Shown here: positions 1 through 8,643 of the stretch, in pieces
Layout of the letters: every line of letters begins with the position of its first letter
Position numbering within the stretch: position 1 is the first letter of the stretch
Origin: Obrimoposthia wandeli
Taxonomy: Eukaryota
Length of the DNA stretch: 64,000 bases
Assembly (NCBI GenBank): GCA_977020255.1
Contig: CDROCS010000506.1
Location: 2,728,001 to 2,792,000, forward strand
Direction: 5' to 3'
Position numbers and translations under genes: made by a program
Notes under the pieces: generated by a model
Database searches by the model: none
The model's input: the letters and a program-made list of their open reading frames with translations, nothing else
Told to the model about the DNA's origin: nothing

Positions 1-1
1 T

Positions 2-790
2 ATCGCAGGACTAGCTGCTACAACAACGGCTAACGCACACCCACGTTGGGTATTACCATCGCATTTTACTGTATCAAAAGAAGGTGGTGATTGGTTAACG
101 TTTGACGTAACTGCATCACACGGTACGTTCGTATTTGATAAGCCTGCTGGCAGTGAATTTGCACAAGTGGTTATGCCTGATGGCCGTAAAGAACGTCCTA
201 ACTTTGTGATCCGCGGTAAACGTCGTTCTATCTTTGACTTCTACTTTGAAGAAGAAGGTACGCATAAAGTCGCGATTAACAATGTACCGTCTTATTACAC
301 GGCTTATAAAGCAGGCCGTCGCGACACGGTTAAACGCCTTCAAGCCAACAAAGCAGAACGTGCAAACTTACTGCCAGAAAAAGCACGCGATGTGAGCACG
401 CAATTGAGCTACACACGTGCAGAAAGCTATGTAACGGTTGGTATGCCAACAGAAAAAGCATTAGAAATCGAAGGTAAATACCTTGAAATGCGTCCACTGA
501 CTCACCCATCAGACATTGTTGAAGGTGAAGAGGTTAGCTTCCAATTCTTCTTTAATGGCGAACCACAATCAGGTGTTACTGCGGATATTACCCGTGAAGG
601 TACGTTATACCGTAATCACCAAGAGCAGATTGACGTAGTGAGTGACAAAGACGGTAAAGTAACTTTCACACCGAATGTTGCAGGTCGTTACTTGATGAAA
701 GCCAATTATAAAGGTGAGTTGAAAAATGATCCTATGGCTGACAAAGCAAGTGTGAACGTACACTTTACCTTTGAAGCGTTACTACAGTAA
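2..790 (+). CDS. DUF4198-family periplasmic metal-uptake-associated protein (5' truncated by window edge)
   Basis: Frame is open from base 2 and reads ...IAGLAATTTANA|HPRWVLPSHF, i.e. the end of a signal peptide followed by the N-terminal His-x-x-Trp typical of DUF4198. C-terminal GEPQSGV...SDKDGKVTF..AGRYL pattern also fits. The ORF-track start at 167 is internal. Confidence 0.8.
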   Translation: MAGLAATTTANAHPRWVLPSHFTVSKEGGDWLTFDVTASHGTFVFDKPAGSEFAQVVMPDGRKERPNFVIRGKRRSIFDFYFEEEGTHKVAINNVPSYYTAYKAGRRDTVKRLQANKAERANLLPEKARDVSTQLSYTRAESYVTVGMPTEKALEIEGKYLEMRPLTHPSDIVEGEEVSFQFFFNGEPQSGVTADITREGTLYRNHQEQIDVVSDKDGKVTFTPNVAGRYLMKANYKGELKNDPMADKASVNVHFTFEALLQ

Positions 791-818
791 TTTTCACTAC
801 TGTGAGTTAGTTACCTTT

Positions 819-855
819 AGCCTGTAATTAGATGAGATCTGATTACAGGCTTTTT
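819..855 (+). terminator. Intrinsic terminator-like hairpin inside the metal-uptake cluster
   Basis: agcctgtaattagat-gag-atctgattacaggct forms a 15-bp stem (one G-U) followed by a T run. Confidence 0.65.
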
Positions 856-915
856 CGCTCTATTTATTTATCGACTTATCTATTTTGTATGAGTCTATTT
901 CGTATTGAGGTTTTC

Positions 916-1245
916 ATGACAAAAATGGCAATCAAACCGACGCTGCTAGCGCTTTCATTAATGACGGGTTTATTTTCAGGTACCGCAAGTGCGCATTTCC
1001 CATTAATGAATTGCTGGTTCGAATCTGACAAAGTCGCTTGCGAAGCGGGCTACAGTGATGCCAGTACGGCAGTGGATTACGCTGTAAATATGTATGACTA
1101 CGATGACAACTTAATTGCCAAAGGCATGACGGATAAGCGCTCAATTGCTGAGTTTAGCAAGCCTGATACTGACTTCTATTTAGTATTCGATGCTGGTCAT
1201 GAAAACCCTGTTGAAGTTGACGTTGTTGAGATTAGCGAAAAATGA
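916..1245 (+). CDS. Small periplasmic protein, FpvJ-like
   Basis: GAGG RBS before ATG 916. Signal peptide ending ASA|H. Mature HFPLMNC...CEAGYSD...YDYDD..I...FYLVFDAGH pattern recalls Pseudomonas FpvJ (HNP.CEC..CTGGFSDG..FYVLFDAG). Gene position also matches. Confidence 0.7.
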   Translation: MTKMAIKPTLLALSLMTGLFSGTASAHFPLMNCWFESDKVACEAGYSDASTAVDYAVNMYDYDDNLIAKGMTDKRSIAEFSKPDTDFYLVFDAGHENPVEVDVVEISEK

Positions 1246-1880
1246 TCAGTCAATCAGTTCATCCAGATGATGGCGGTCGTGAAGGTAAATGGGTGGCGTT
1301 AATCATCATTGCCATTCTTGCAACGGCTGCACTGTTGTTACCTTATCACCAAAATGCATCAAGCGAAAAACAGCTCGCGCGTCATCAAATATCGATTAAA
1401 GATCTACCCACTGTAGAACTGGCGATGATCGGCGAATTACGCTTAGCGCATGAAGAAATCCGTAATATTCATCAAGACAATCTTGAGTTAGACAGCCCTG
1501 AGCTAGAAAGTGCTGAACTTAAAAGTAGAGATACTTGGCCGGATATGGCTGAACTAGATGAGCTGTGGTTAGCGCCCTTTATCATCGATAAAAGCTGGGA
1601 ACGTAAAGGTAAGCATGCGTGGCGTAAAGTTGCTCCGGCGTTATATCAAGGTATTCCAGCACTCACAACGGGTAGCGTTGCGGTGATATTGAATAGCCAA
1701 GCTGCAAGACCAGATGTGTGGTTAGCATTAGATATGCCAAATCCTGCGCCAATGATGGGCAGCACGCTTAATACCGCCGAGCTTATCAGTGCAGGTTGGA
1801 AGCAAGTTGTATTTACGGGTGATGAGACTGCTAATGTAGATCATGCCGATACAGCGCATACCGATAAAGACAGTCACTAA
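1242..1880 (+). CDS. Membrane-anchored protein, DUF6162/FpvK-like
   Basis: ATGA overlap with previous gene. One N-terminal TM helix, then ELRLAHEEIR, LAPF..D.SW..KG.H.W and PDVWL motifs. Confidence 0.7.
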   Translation: MISQSVHPDDGGREGKWVALIIIAILATAALLLPYHQNASSEKQLARHQISIKDLPTVELAMIGELRLAHEEIRNIHQDNLELDSPELESAELKSRDTWPDMAELDELWLAPFIIDKSWERKGKHAWRKVAPALYQGIPALTTGSVAVILNSQAARPDVWLALDMPNPAPMMGSTLNTAELISAGWKQVVFTGDETANVDHADTAHTDKDSH

Positions 1881-1912
1881 AGCGTAACGTCAGTTAATAA
1901 TGGAACGTAGCT

Positions 1913-1984
1913 ATGTTAATTACAAAAATGTTAATTACAAAAATGCCAATTACAAGAATGAAAAATAAAACCATGAAAAATCTA
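1913..1984 (+). repeat. 15-bp tandem repeat (ATGTTAATTACAAAA x2 plus degenerate copies)
   Basis: Units start at 1913, 1928, 1943, 1958 and 1973, each beginning with ATG. Confidence 0.85.
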
Positions 1985-2923
1985 ATCGTCGCAATCACTA
2001 CAAGTGCAGTATTACTGATGAGCGGCGCAGCACAAGCTGCAGAAAAACTCACTATCGGTATAACCCTACAACCTTATTACAGCTATGTGAAAGCAGTCGT
2101 GGGTGATAAAGCCAATGTATTGCCATTGGTTGATGAGGGTTTTAACCCGCATAACTACCAGCCACAACCAAACGATTTACGCCGTCTTAAACAGATGGAT
2201 GTGATTGTGGTGAATGCGATTGGCCATGATGACTTTGCCTTAAAAGTAATTAAAGCCGCAGACCGTGATGATCTTATTGTCATTAAAGCCAATAAAGACG
2301 TGCCGTTATTACCTGCAATTGGTCAATCTGTCGGTGAAGGTGCAGTAAATCCGCATACCTTTGTTGGCCTATCTACGACGATTCAAAAGGTTTATACCAT
2401 CGCTACAGAGTTATCGAAGATTGATCCTGATAACGCCCGTACTTACCGTAAAAATGCGCGTAAATATGCGACTGAATTTCGTAAAATGAAACGCCAAGCC
2501 ATGTTAACGCTAGGCGATCTAGATACCTCGGGCATGCTGGTGGCGACAACGCACAATGCTTACGGTTATATTCTGCAAGAATTTGGTGTCGATGTTGCGG
2601 CGGTCATTGAACCTGCACACGGTGTTGAGCCAAGTGCGAGCCAGTTACAAGAAACGATTGAAAAGATCCGCGCATCGAAGATTGATGTGTTGTTCTACGA
2701 ATTAAATATGCCAAGCCGTTATGTGGAAACGATTGAAGCAGCGACGGGCGTGCAACTTTACCGTTTCTCGCACATGACGCATGGTGCGTATGAAGAGAAC
2801 AAAGTGGCCGTTGAAATGAAAAGTAATCTTGATACGTTAGTCGAAGCAATGAAGTTTGCAGCGAAACGTTCATTGGCTGATACAGCAACTAATACGACAA
2901 CTAACATCAAGCAGGGGAGTTAA
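1913..2923 (+). CDS. Metal ABC transporter substrate-binding protein (cluster A-I), FpvC-like
   Basis: IGITLQPYYSYV, GFNPHNYQP, GHDDF, NPHTF, THNAY, PAHGVEPS and SHMTH motifs. The start is ambiguous because of five in-frame ATGs. Confidence 0.85.
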   Translation: MLITKMLITKMPITRMKNKTMKNLIVAITTSAVLLMSGAAQAAEKLTIGITLQPYYSYVKAVVGDKANVLPLVDEGFNPHNYQPQPNDLRRLKQMDVIVVNAIGHDDFALKVIKAADRDDLIVIKANKDVPLLPAIGQSVGEGAVNPHTFVGLSTTIQKVYTIATELSKIDPDNARTYRKNARKYATEFRKMKRQAMLTLGDLDTSGMLVATTHNAYGYILQEFGVDVAAVIEPAHGVEPSASQLQETIEKIRASKIDVLFYELNMPSRYVETIEAATGVQLYRFSHMTHGAYEENKVAVEMKSNLDTLVEAMKFAAKRSLADTATNTTTNIKQGS

Positions 2924-2925
2924 TC

Positions 2926-3666
2926 GTGGGTCCTGCAATTCGTTTACAAAATGTTGGTTTGAAATACGGTGATAATGTCATTTTAGAAGACATCTCACAC
3001 TTTTTATCTGCGGGTCAATGCCATGTGATCATGGGCCCTAATGGTGGTGGTAAAACATCATTATTACGTTCGATTTTAGGTTTAACCCCTTTCACGGGTA
3101 ATATTGATATTCAATGGCCTGAACATAAAGGCAATATCGGTTATGTGCCACAAAAGGCGACGTTTGAATCGAGCTTACCGTTTACGGTGATGGATTTTAT
3201 TCTGTTAAATCAGAGTCGTAATCCGCTGTTTTGGCGCAAGCGTAAAAAAGAACAAGATCATGCGTTAGCGCAATTAGATCGCGTTGGCATGGCGAACCGT
3301 ACTGACCGCCGTATGGGACAGTTATCCGGTGGTGAACAGCAACGTGTGTTATTCGCCCAGTCGTTATTAGATAACCCGGATCTGTTAGTGCTCGATGAAC
3401 CAACAACGGGCATGGATGAACAAGGTGTGCGTTACCTTGAGTCGCTAATTCATGAATTAGTACGTGAGAATAAAACCATTTTAGCCGTGCATCACGATGT
3501 CAGTGCTGTGCGCCGTTTAGATGGTCAAGTGCATGTGGTTAATCGTCAGTTAGTTGATTCAGGCCCTGTGTCTGAGGTATTACGCGCAGACAAGATCGAA
3601 CGCTTATTCAATCATTATACTGGTGGCAATGTATCGACTCTCAGCCCTGAACAAGGAGTTAAATAA
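2926..3666 (+). CDS. Metal ABC transporter ATP-binding protein, FpvD-like
   Basis: Walker A GPNGGGKT, LSGGEQQ signature, Walker B LLVLDEP. GGGGAG RBS before a GTG start. Confidence 0.93.
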   Translation: MGPAIRLQNVGLKYGDNVILEDISHFLSAGQCHVIMGPNGGGKTSLLRSILGLTPFTGNIDIQWPEHKGNIGYVPQKATFESSLPFTVMDFILLNQSRNPLFWRKRKKEQDHALAQLDRVGMANRTDRRMGQLSGGEQQRVLFAQSLLDNPDLLVLDEPTTGMDEQGVRYLESLIHELVRENKTILAVHHDVSAVRRLDGQVHVVNRQLVDSGPVSEVLRADKIERLFNHYTGGNVSTLSPEQGVK

Positions 3667-4541
3667 TGGATACTATCCGTCATTGGGCACAATTGGGCGT
3701 GGATGCTGGTTGGTTGAGTGAGAGTTTCTCTTATTCGTTTATGGTGAATGCCGTTGTCGCTGCCATCTTGCTTGGCCCGCTATTGGGTGGTCTTGGTACT
3801 TTGGTTATTGCTAAACGTTTAGCGTTCTTTTCTGAAGCGGTTGGTCACGCGGCATTAACGGGTATTGCCTTAGGTGTATTACTGGGTGAACCAGCTGAAA
3901 ATCCAATTATTGGTTTATTCAGTTTTTGCATGATCTTCGCATTGTTACTGCATTTTGTGCGTAACCGTACCAATGTACCTTACGATACTTTGGTGGGCGT
4001 ATTCCTTGCCTTTGCTTTAGCTGTCGGTGCGGCGCTACTGATGTACGTAGCGCGTAAGATTAACATTCACATGTTAGAGAATGTCTTGTTTGGTTCGATC
4101 TTAACGATCACTGATTATGACTTGTTGATCTTGGCGGTGACTTGCGGGGTCATTTTATTGGTATTGATACCCACCTTTAACCGTATTTTGTTAACTTGCA
4201 TCAGCCCTGATATTGCGAAAGTACGTGGTTACGCGACGAATTTTTATGACTACTTATTTGTCATGATGATCACGCTAGTAACTATTGCGTCGGTGAAAAT
4301 TGTCGGTGCGGTGTTAGTGGGCGCTTTGTTACTGATCCCTGGTGCAACGGCACGCCTGTTAACCAAGAACATGGGTAGCTTTGTACTTATGTCAGCGTTA
4401 TTAGCGACGATAAGTTGTTTGATTGGTACTATTTTACCAATGGAATTAAAACTGCCAATCCCTTCTGGCGCGGCGATCATTATTGTATCGACGAGCTTCT
4501 TCTTAACGGCAACCTGCTACCGCATTGTGCGTAAAGGATAA
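3666..4541 (+). CDS. Metal ABC transporter permease (ABC-3/ZnuB family), FpvE-like
   Basis: Multi-TM protein with EAVGHAALTGIA, ENVLFGSIL and GALLLIPGATAR motifs. Confidence 0.92.
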   Translation: MDTIRHWAQLGVDAGWLSESFSYSFMVNAVVAAILLGPLLGGLGTLVIAKRLAFFSEAVGHAALTGIALGVLLGEPAENPIIGLFSFCMIFALLLHFVRNRTNVPYDTLVGVFLAFALAVGAALLMYVARKINIHMLENVLFGSILTITDYDLLILAVTCGVILLVLIPTFNRILLTCISPDIAKVRGYATNFYDYLFVMMITLVTIASVKIVGAVLVGALLLIPGATARLLTKNMGSFVLMSALLATISCLIGTILPMELKLPIPSGAAIIIVSTSFFLTATCYRIVRKG

Positions 4542-4547
4542 TTGATT

Positions 4548-5432
4548 ATGACTTCTTCATTATTAAGCGTTAGCGCGGCTGTATTGCTACTAACATCAAC
4601 ATTGGGCTTTAGCCAAAAGGTAAGTGCTGCAGACATTCTTACCGCGACGCCGGTGACTTATATGTTAGCGACGGAATTAACTAAAGGCACGGATATTACC
4701 ACGCAGTATTTACCGCCAAAACGTTACGGCATATCGCGTTTGCCGAACTGGTTTAGTTCGAAAGGCGCAACGTTAACAGAGAAAGCGGCGATTGATGCGC
4801 AAGTAGCGATTACCTTAGGTGCTGTTTGGCCACAAGATCCGTTATTTGTGCATGCGCGTAAAGGTAACATTCGTATGATTGAAGTGGATGCATCGCAAGC
4901 CATTTCACCACGAGCACAAGGCGTTGCTGCGCTGCGTTTAGACGACGGGACTATCTCGCCATACACTTGGTTAAACCCAACTAACTTAACGCGTATGACG
5001 GCTATTGTGAGTCAGGATTTACAACAAGTATGGCCACAGCAAGCAGCGACAATTGCCAGCAATCAACAAGCTTTGATGATGTCAGTACGTCATTTGATTA
5101 ATCAACAACAAGCGATGTTGCTAGACAATGAGATTGACTCTGTGGTGTTGTTATCAACAGAGCTAGAAGACTTTGCTTCGGGTAATCAGTTGTTTGTGGT
5201 TGAGCGTTTAACCAAACCTGAATTGGAATGGACGGCGGAAGATAAGCAGGAATTGGTTGAGCTATTAACTGAAGACGATAGCTTATGGGTGCTGACCTCG
5301 AAAAGAGCCAGTAAAGCGCTTAAAGCATTAGTGCCAAATCCGACACGTATCTTAACGATTGATAGTATCGATCGCTGGGGTCGTGGCATTAAAGCGGATA
5401 AACCATTACAACGCTGGCAGTTAGCGCTTTAA
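4548..5432 (+). CDS. Second, atypical ABC substrate-binding protein, FpvF-like
   Basis: Signal peptide. ATPVTY.LA.EL.KGTD, W..DPLF..AR.GNIR.IE.DA and PY.WL.P.NL.RM motifs. Contains only two His. Confidence 0.75.
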   Translation: MTSSLLSVSAAVLLLTSTLGFSQKVSAADILTATPVTYMLATELTKGTDITTQYLPPKRYGISRLPNWFSSKGATLTEKAAIDAQVAITLGAVWPQDPLFVHARKGNIRMIEVDASQAISPRAQGVAALRLDDGTISPYTWLNPTNLTRMTAIVSQDLQQVWPQQAATIASNQQALMMSVRHLINQQQAMLLDNEIDSVVLLSTELEDFASGNQLFVVERLTKPELEWTAEDKQELVELLTEDDSLWVLTSKRASKALKALVPNPTRILTIDSIDRWGRGIKADKPLQRWQLAL

Positions 5433-5437
5433 TTTAT

Positions 5438-5476
5438 AAAAATGCCCCGCGTAATCTTCATTACACGGGGCATTTT
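5438..5476. terminator. Bidirectional intrinsic terminator
   Basis: aaaatgccccg..gtaat / attac..cggggcatttt between convergent genes. Confidence 0.8.
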
Positions 5477-5520
5477 ACTATTTATTACTGATCATGGTTA
5501 CTGCTGGTTAAGCACCGTAA

Positions 5521-7413
5521 TTACAAACGAAACTGACCAACAATACCGTCAAGTCGATTCGCCATACCACCGAGCTCTCTGGCTAATACGGTCGTTTGCT
5601 CTGAATCACTGTATGACTGTTTAGCTGAATCATTAAGCTCAACGACACTGCGATTAATATCAGCGGCAACATGATTCTGCTCTTCTGCTGCGGTGGCGAT
5701 TTGATTATTCATATCTTGAATAACTGAAACTGAGTTTAAGATCGCGCTTAATGCGGTTTGTGCTTCCGATGTTTTGCTTGATGTTACTTTGGCATCATTG
5801 GAATTGTTAATCATTAAGTCGACAGACTTCTTCGCTTCTGATTGCAGTTTGGCAATCATCACTTGGATCTCTTCGGTACTTTTCTGCGTACGACTTGCTA
5901 GACTACGCACTTCATCGGCAACAACAGCAAAGCCACGACCTTGCTCACCGGCACGTGCAGCTTCAATCGCGGCATTCAGTGCAAGTAGATTGGTTTGGTC
6001 TGCAATGCCTCTGATCACATCCAAAATACTGCCGATGCTTTCAGTTTCTTTTTCCAGATTTAGAATAACATCACTGACGTTACCTATGTTCAAGACCAGT
6101 GTTTGGATGTTGTCGTTCATGTCTTCGATAACAGCAATACCGGTTGCCGAACTTTCGTTCGCATCGTTGGCTGCATCAGATGCTTGTAGTGCATTACGAG
6201 CCACTTCATCAACTGTAACAGTCATTTCGTTCATCGCCGTTGCAGTTTGCTCTAACTGCTCTGTTTGCAGCTTAGAGCCATCACTGATATTCGTCGCAGA
6301 TGATGATAGCGTTTGTGATGATTGATTCAATTCGCTGGTGGTTTGATTGATTTCTTCAATCATGCCTCTCAGGTTGTTGATCATGACGAGTACATTGTAA
6401 TAGATACCCGTCTCGTTACCTGTACTTGTCGTACGCATTGTTAAATCGCCATCAGATACACGTTGTACCAATTTAGATATCTCTTCTGGTTCTCCACCAA
6501 TAGGGCCATAAACTAACTTGGTTACAATTGCATAGGTACATAATAGGAATATGGCAATTGAAATCAGTGAAATGATGATGGTTGAAATGAGCGCATCTTG
6601 GCTATCTTGTTCAACCACGTCAACATCTTCGTAATTAACCACTGTCCATGGGAATGCGTGCATCTTTTTGCTGACAGCAAAGTAAGTGATACCTGTTGGC
6701 GCCGTGTAGTGGATATCAGCACTGTCAATGGACCTAAAAGCATTGTAATCAGGACGGATTTCAAAGATATTCTTAGTCAGGTTGTTCACGTCACTTGCTG
6801 CGAGGATAAAGCCATTATTGCGGAATACAAACAGATTGTTATGGTCTGATAAAGTGTCGATAAAATCAGTGATGGCTGATAATTTTAACTCGATTGCGAT
6901 GGTTGCTATGATATTGCCATTTTTTATAATGGGTACGGCCAGCGCAATAACAGCATGATTATCGGTATTCTTATAATCTGCCGTAATGACACGTTCTAAC
7001 TTTTGGTTGAAAACCTGATTATACCAATCACGATTTTTAGCTTTCGCATTAAAACCAGCGATATAACCACTATCGACGAAGGCTTCACCGGATTCTAAAC
7101 CAATAAATACGCGGTCAACGCCAAGTCTACGTTGTAAATTAGCTAGGGCTAATTGCACGTGTTCCGGATCATCTAAATAGCCGTCTTCATCAAAGCGTAA
7201 GGAAAAGTTACCTACAGAATCTAATACGTCAAAATAGCGCATTATTTTTTCATCTAGGGCATTACCTACAAGGGTTGAGTTCTCATATAATTTTGATTCA
7301 AAATTTTGCACGCTCGATTGCCTAAAATTCATATAGGCAGAGGTTGAAATCGCCACCACGACAATAATTAATAAAATTGAATTAATGAATGCGAATTTAT
7401 TTTTTAACGTCAA
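5521..7413 (-). CDS. Methyl-accepting chemotaxis protein (dCache-type sensor, HAMP, signalling domain)
   Basis: Two TM helices flanking a periplasmic domain with RDWY. Signalling core [40 protein letters not shown] start with a GGAG RBS. Confidence 0.95.
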   Translation of the reverse strand: MTLKNKFAFINSILLIIVVVAISTSAYMNFRQSSVQNFESKLYENSTLVGNALDEKIMRYFDVLDSVGNFSLRFDEDGYLDDPEHVQLALANLQRRLGVDRVFIGLESGEAFVDSGYIAGFNAKAKNRDWYNQVFNQKLERVITADYKNTDNHAVIALAVPIIKNGNIIATIAIELKLSAITDFIDTLSDHNNLFVFRNNGFILAASDVNNLTKNIFEIRPDYNAFRSIDSADIHYTAPTGITYFAVSKKMHAFPWTVVNYEDVDVVEQDSQDALISTIIISLISIAIFLLCTYAIVTKLVYGPIGGEPEEISKLVQRVSDGDLTMRTTSTGNETGIYYNVLVMINNLRGMIEEINQTTSELNQSSQTLSSSATNISDGSKLQTEQLEQTATAMNEMTVTVDEVARNALQASDAANDANESSATGIAVIEDMNDNIQTLVLNIGNVSDVILNLEKETESIGSILDVIRGIADQTNLLALNAAIEAARAGEQGRGFAVVADEVRSLASRTQKSTEEIQVMIAKLQSEAKKSVDLMINNSNDAKVTSSKTSEAQTALSAILNSVSVIQDMNNQIATAAEEQNHVAADINRSVVELNDSAKQSYSDSEQTTVLARELGGMANRLDGIVGQFRL

Positions 7414-7495
7414 GGTAGTAACTCCGTAAATACGACTTTATAAGATTTAGATTATTTCATTATTTGGTTAACTGACTATTCAGCCATAGGCTTAA

Positions 7496-7523
7496 ATATC
7501 GGCATCAAAGAATATTGCTGAAG
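7496..7523 (-). promoter_or_regulatory. Putative sigma-28 (FliA) promoter of the MCP gene
   Basis: Minus strand CTTCAG-N14-GCCGATAT versus consensus CTAAAG-N14-GCCGATAA. Confidence 0.55.
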
Positions 7524-7749
7524 TAATTTATACGAAAATAAAATAATTAAAAGCTAATTTATTCAAATAGATAAGCCAATATTATTGTGTTGATAACAGT
7601 ATGTTTCTTTGTTGTTCTTAGTGGTTTTGTATGTTGTGAGCATGATTCGAACCACTCGTGTTTGTTGGATATTAAAATGGTCGCTGAGTGTTATTTTATT
7701 TGTGCCTAGTAATAGGTATAATGTCCATAGTTTAAATAAGGATAATAAT

Positions 7750-8016
7750 ATGAAATATCACCGCTTAAATGAAATCATCGAATTATTACAACCGGAATGG
7801 CAAAAAGAACCTGATACTAATTTACTGCAGTTGCTTAGCACTTTGGCTAATGAGATGAAATTTGAAGGCGAGTTAGTTGATTTGAGTGATGATGCGCTTA
7901 TCTATCATTTAAAAATGCGTAACAGTGCGAAAGACGAAATGATCCCAGGTTTAGCCAAAGATCACGAGGATGACTTTAAAACTGCCTTGCTTAAAGCCCG
8001 TGGTTTTGTATCGTAA
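7750..8016 (+). CDS. yihD: YihD / DUF1040 family protein
   Basis: [22 protein letters not shown]...[10 protein letters not shown]...[17 protein letters not shown]. Real start is ATG 7750, after AAGGA. Confidence 0.9.
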   Translation: MKYHRLNEIIELLQPEWQKEPDTNLLQLLSTLANEMKFEGELVDLSDDALIYHLKMRNSAKDEMIPGLAKDHEDDFKTALLKARGFVS

Positions 8017-8117
8017 TACCCGCTGATTATTCCTTTTTAAGGAGTGAATAAGTTAATTTATAAATGGTTATTTTTTTTAGTTTGAATTGAGATTGTAGCC
8101 ATTATTCTCACCTTTGT

Positions 8118-8131
8118 TTGATGTACATCAA
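8118..8131. promoter_or_regulatory. FNR (ANR/EtrA) box
   Basis: TTGATGTACATCAA is a perfect TTGAT-N4-ATCAA, located upstream of the sor operon. Confidence 0.7.
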
Positions 8132-8175
8132 TTCCTGTCATTTCCCCTCAAGATTGTCATCGGTTAATTTATACC

Positions 8176-8213
8176 AATTAAGTTAATAAAAATTAATTAA
8201 GTTAATAAAAACT
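8176..8213 (+). repeat. 19-bp tandem duplication
   Basis: aattaagttaataaaaatt / aattaagttaataaaaact. Confidence 0.8.
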
Positions 8214-8327
8214 ACTTATTAAAAATCAAATGATTATCGCGTTTGTTCTATTCATGGATTTATCGATATTGCGGCTTTAAGTGCCATTGTTATACTCAAT
8301 TCATATGAAATCTAATAGCGGCTTGAG

Positions 8328-8630
8328 ATGATAAATAAGCGAGTTCCTCGATATATTCTAGCAGGACTATATCTGTCTATTATGTCATTTTCAGCAGCCT
8401 CTGCAGATTACGACAAATTAAAAAACATGTGCATGGCATGCCATGGTGATAACGGTGTTAATCCGTATCAATCCATTCCAGATCTGCAAGGTCAGAGTTT
8501 AATCTATCTCAGAAATCAGATGGCAGCGTTTCAAAGTGGTGAGCGACAAGACATCACCATGAGCAAGGTTGTACAACTACTTTCTGATGATGACATCATC
8601 AAACTCACCAAATACTTCAGCGAACAGTAA
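8328..8630 (+). CDS. Periplasmic monoheme class I cytochrome c (c553/c4-domain type)
   Basis: Signal peptide, CMACH heme motif, P.L.GQ...YL..Q...F..G.R and axial Met. Confidence 0.9.
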   Translation: MINKRVPRYILAGLYLSIMSFSAASADYDKLKNMCMACHGDNGVNPYQSIPDLQGQSLIYLRNQMAAFQSGERQDITMSKVVQLLSDDDIIKLTKYFSEQ

Positions 8631-8643
8631 GGTTTAATTAAGC

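Noticed and set aside
916-5432. Ordinary ZnuABC zinc transporter
   Set aside because: Two SBPs, no His-rich ZnuA loop, and FpvJ/FpvK-like accessory genes argue against it
5774-6325. 183-aa plus-strand ORF
   Set aside because: Antisense shadow of the MCP signalling domain, with no RBS or motif
7609-7749. N-terminal extensions in the ORF track (yihD; also 832, 9804, 10204, 22513, 26394, 40347, 53914, 55339, 62473)
   Set aside because: Downstream ATGs have proper RBSs and match family N-termini. The extensions overlap promoters or neighbouring genes.
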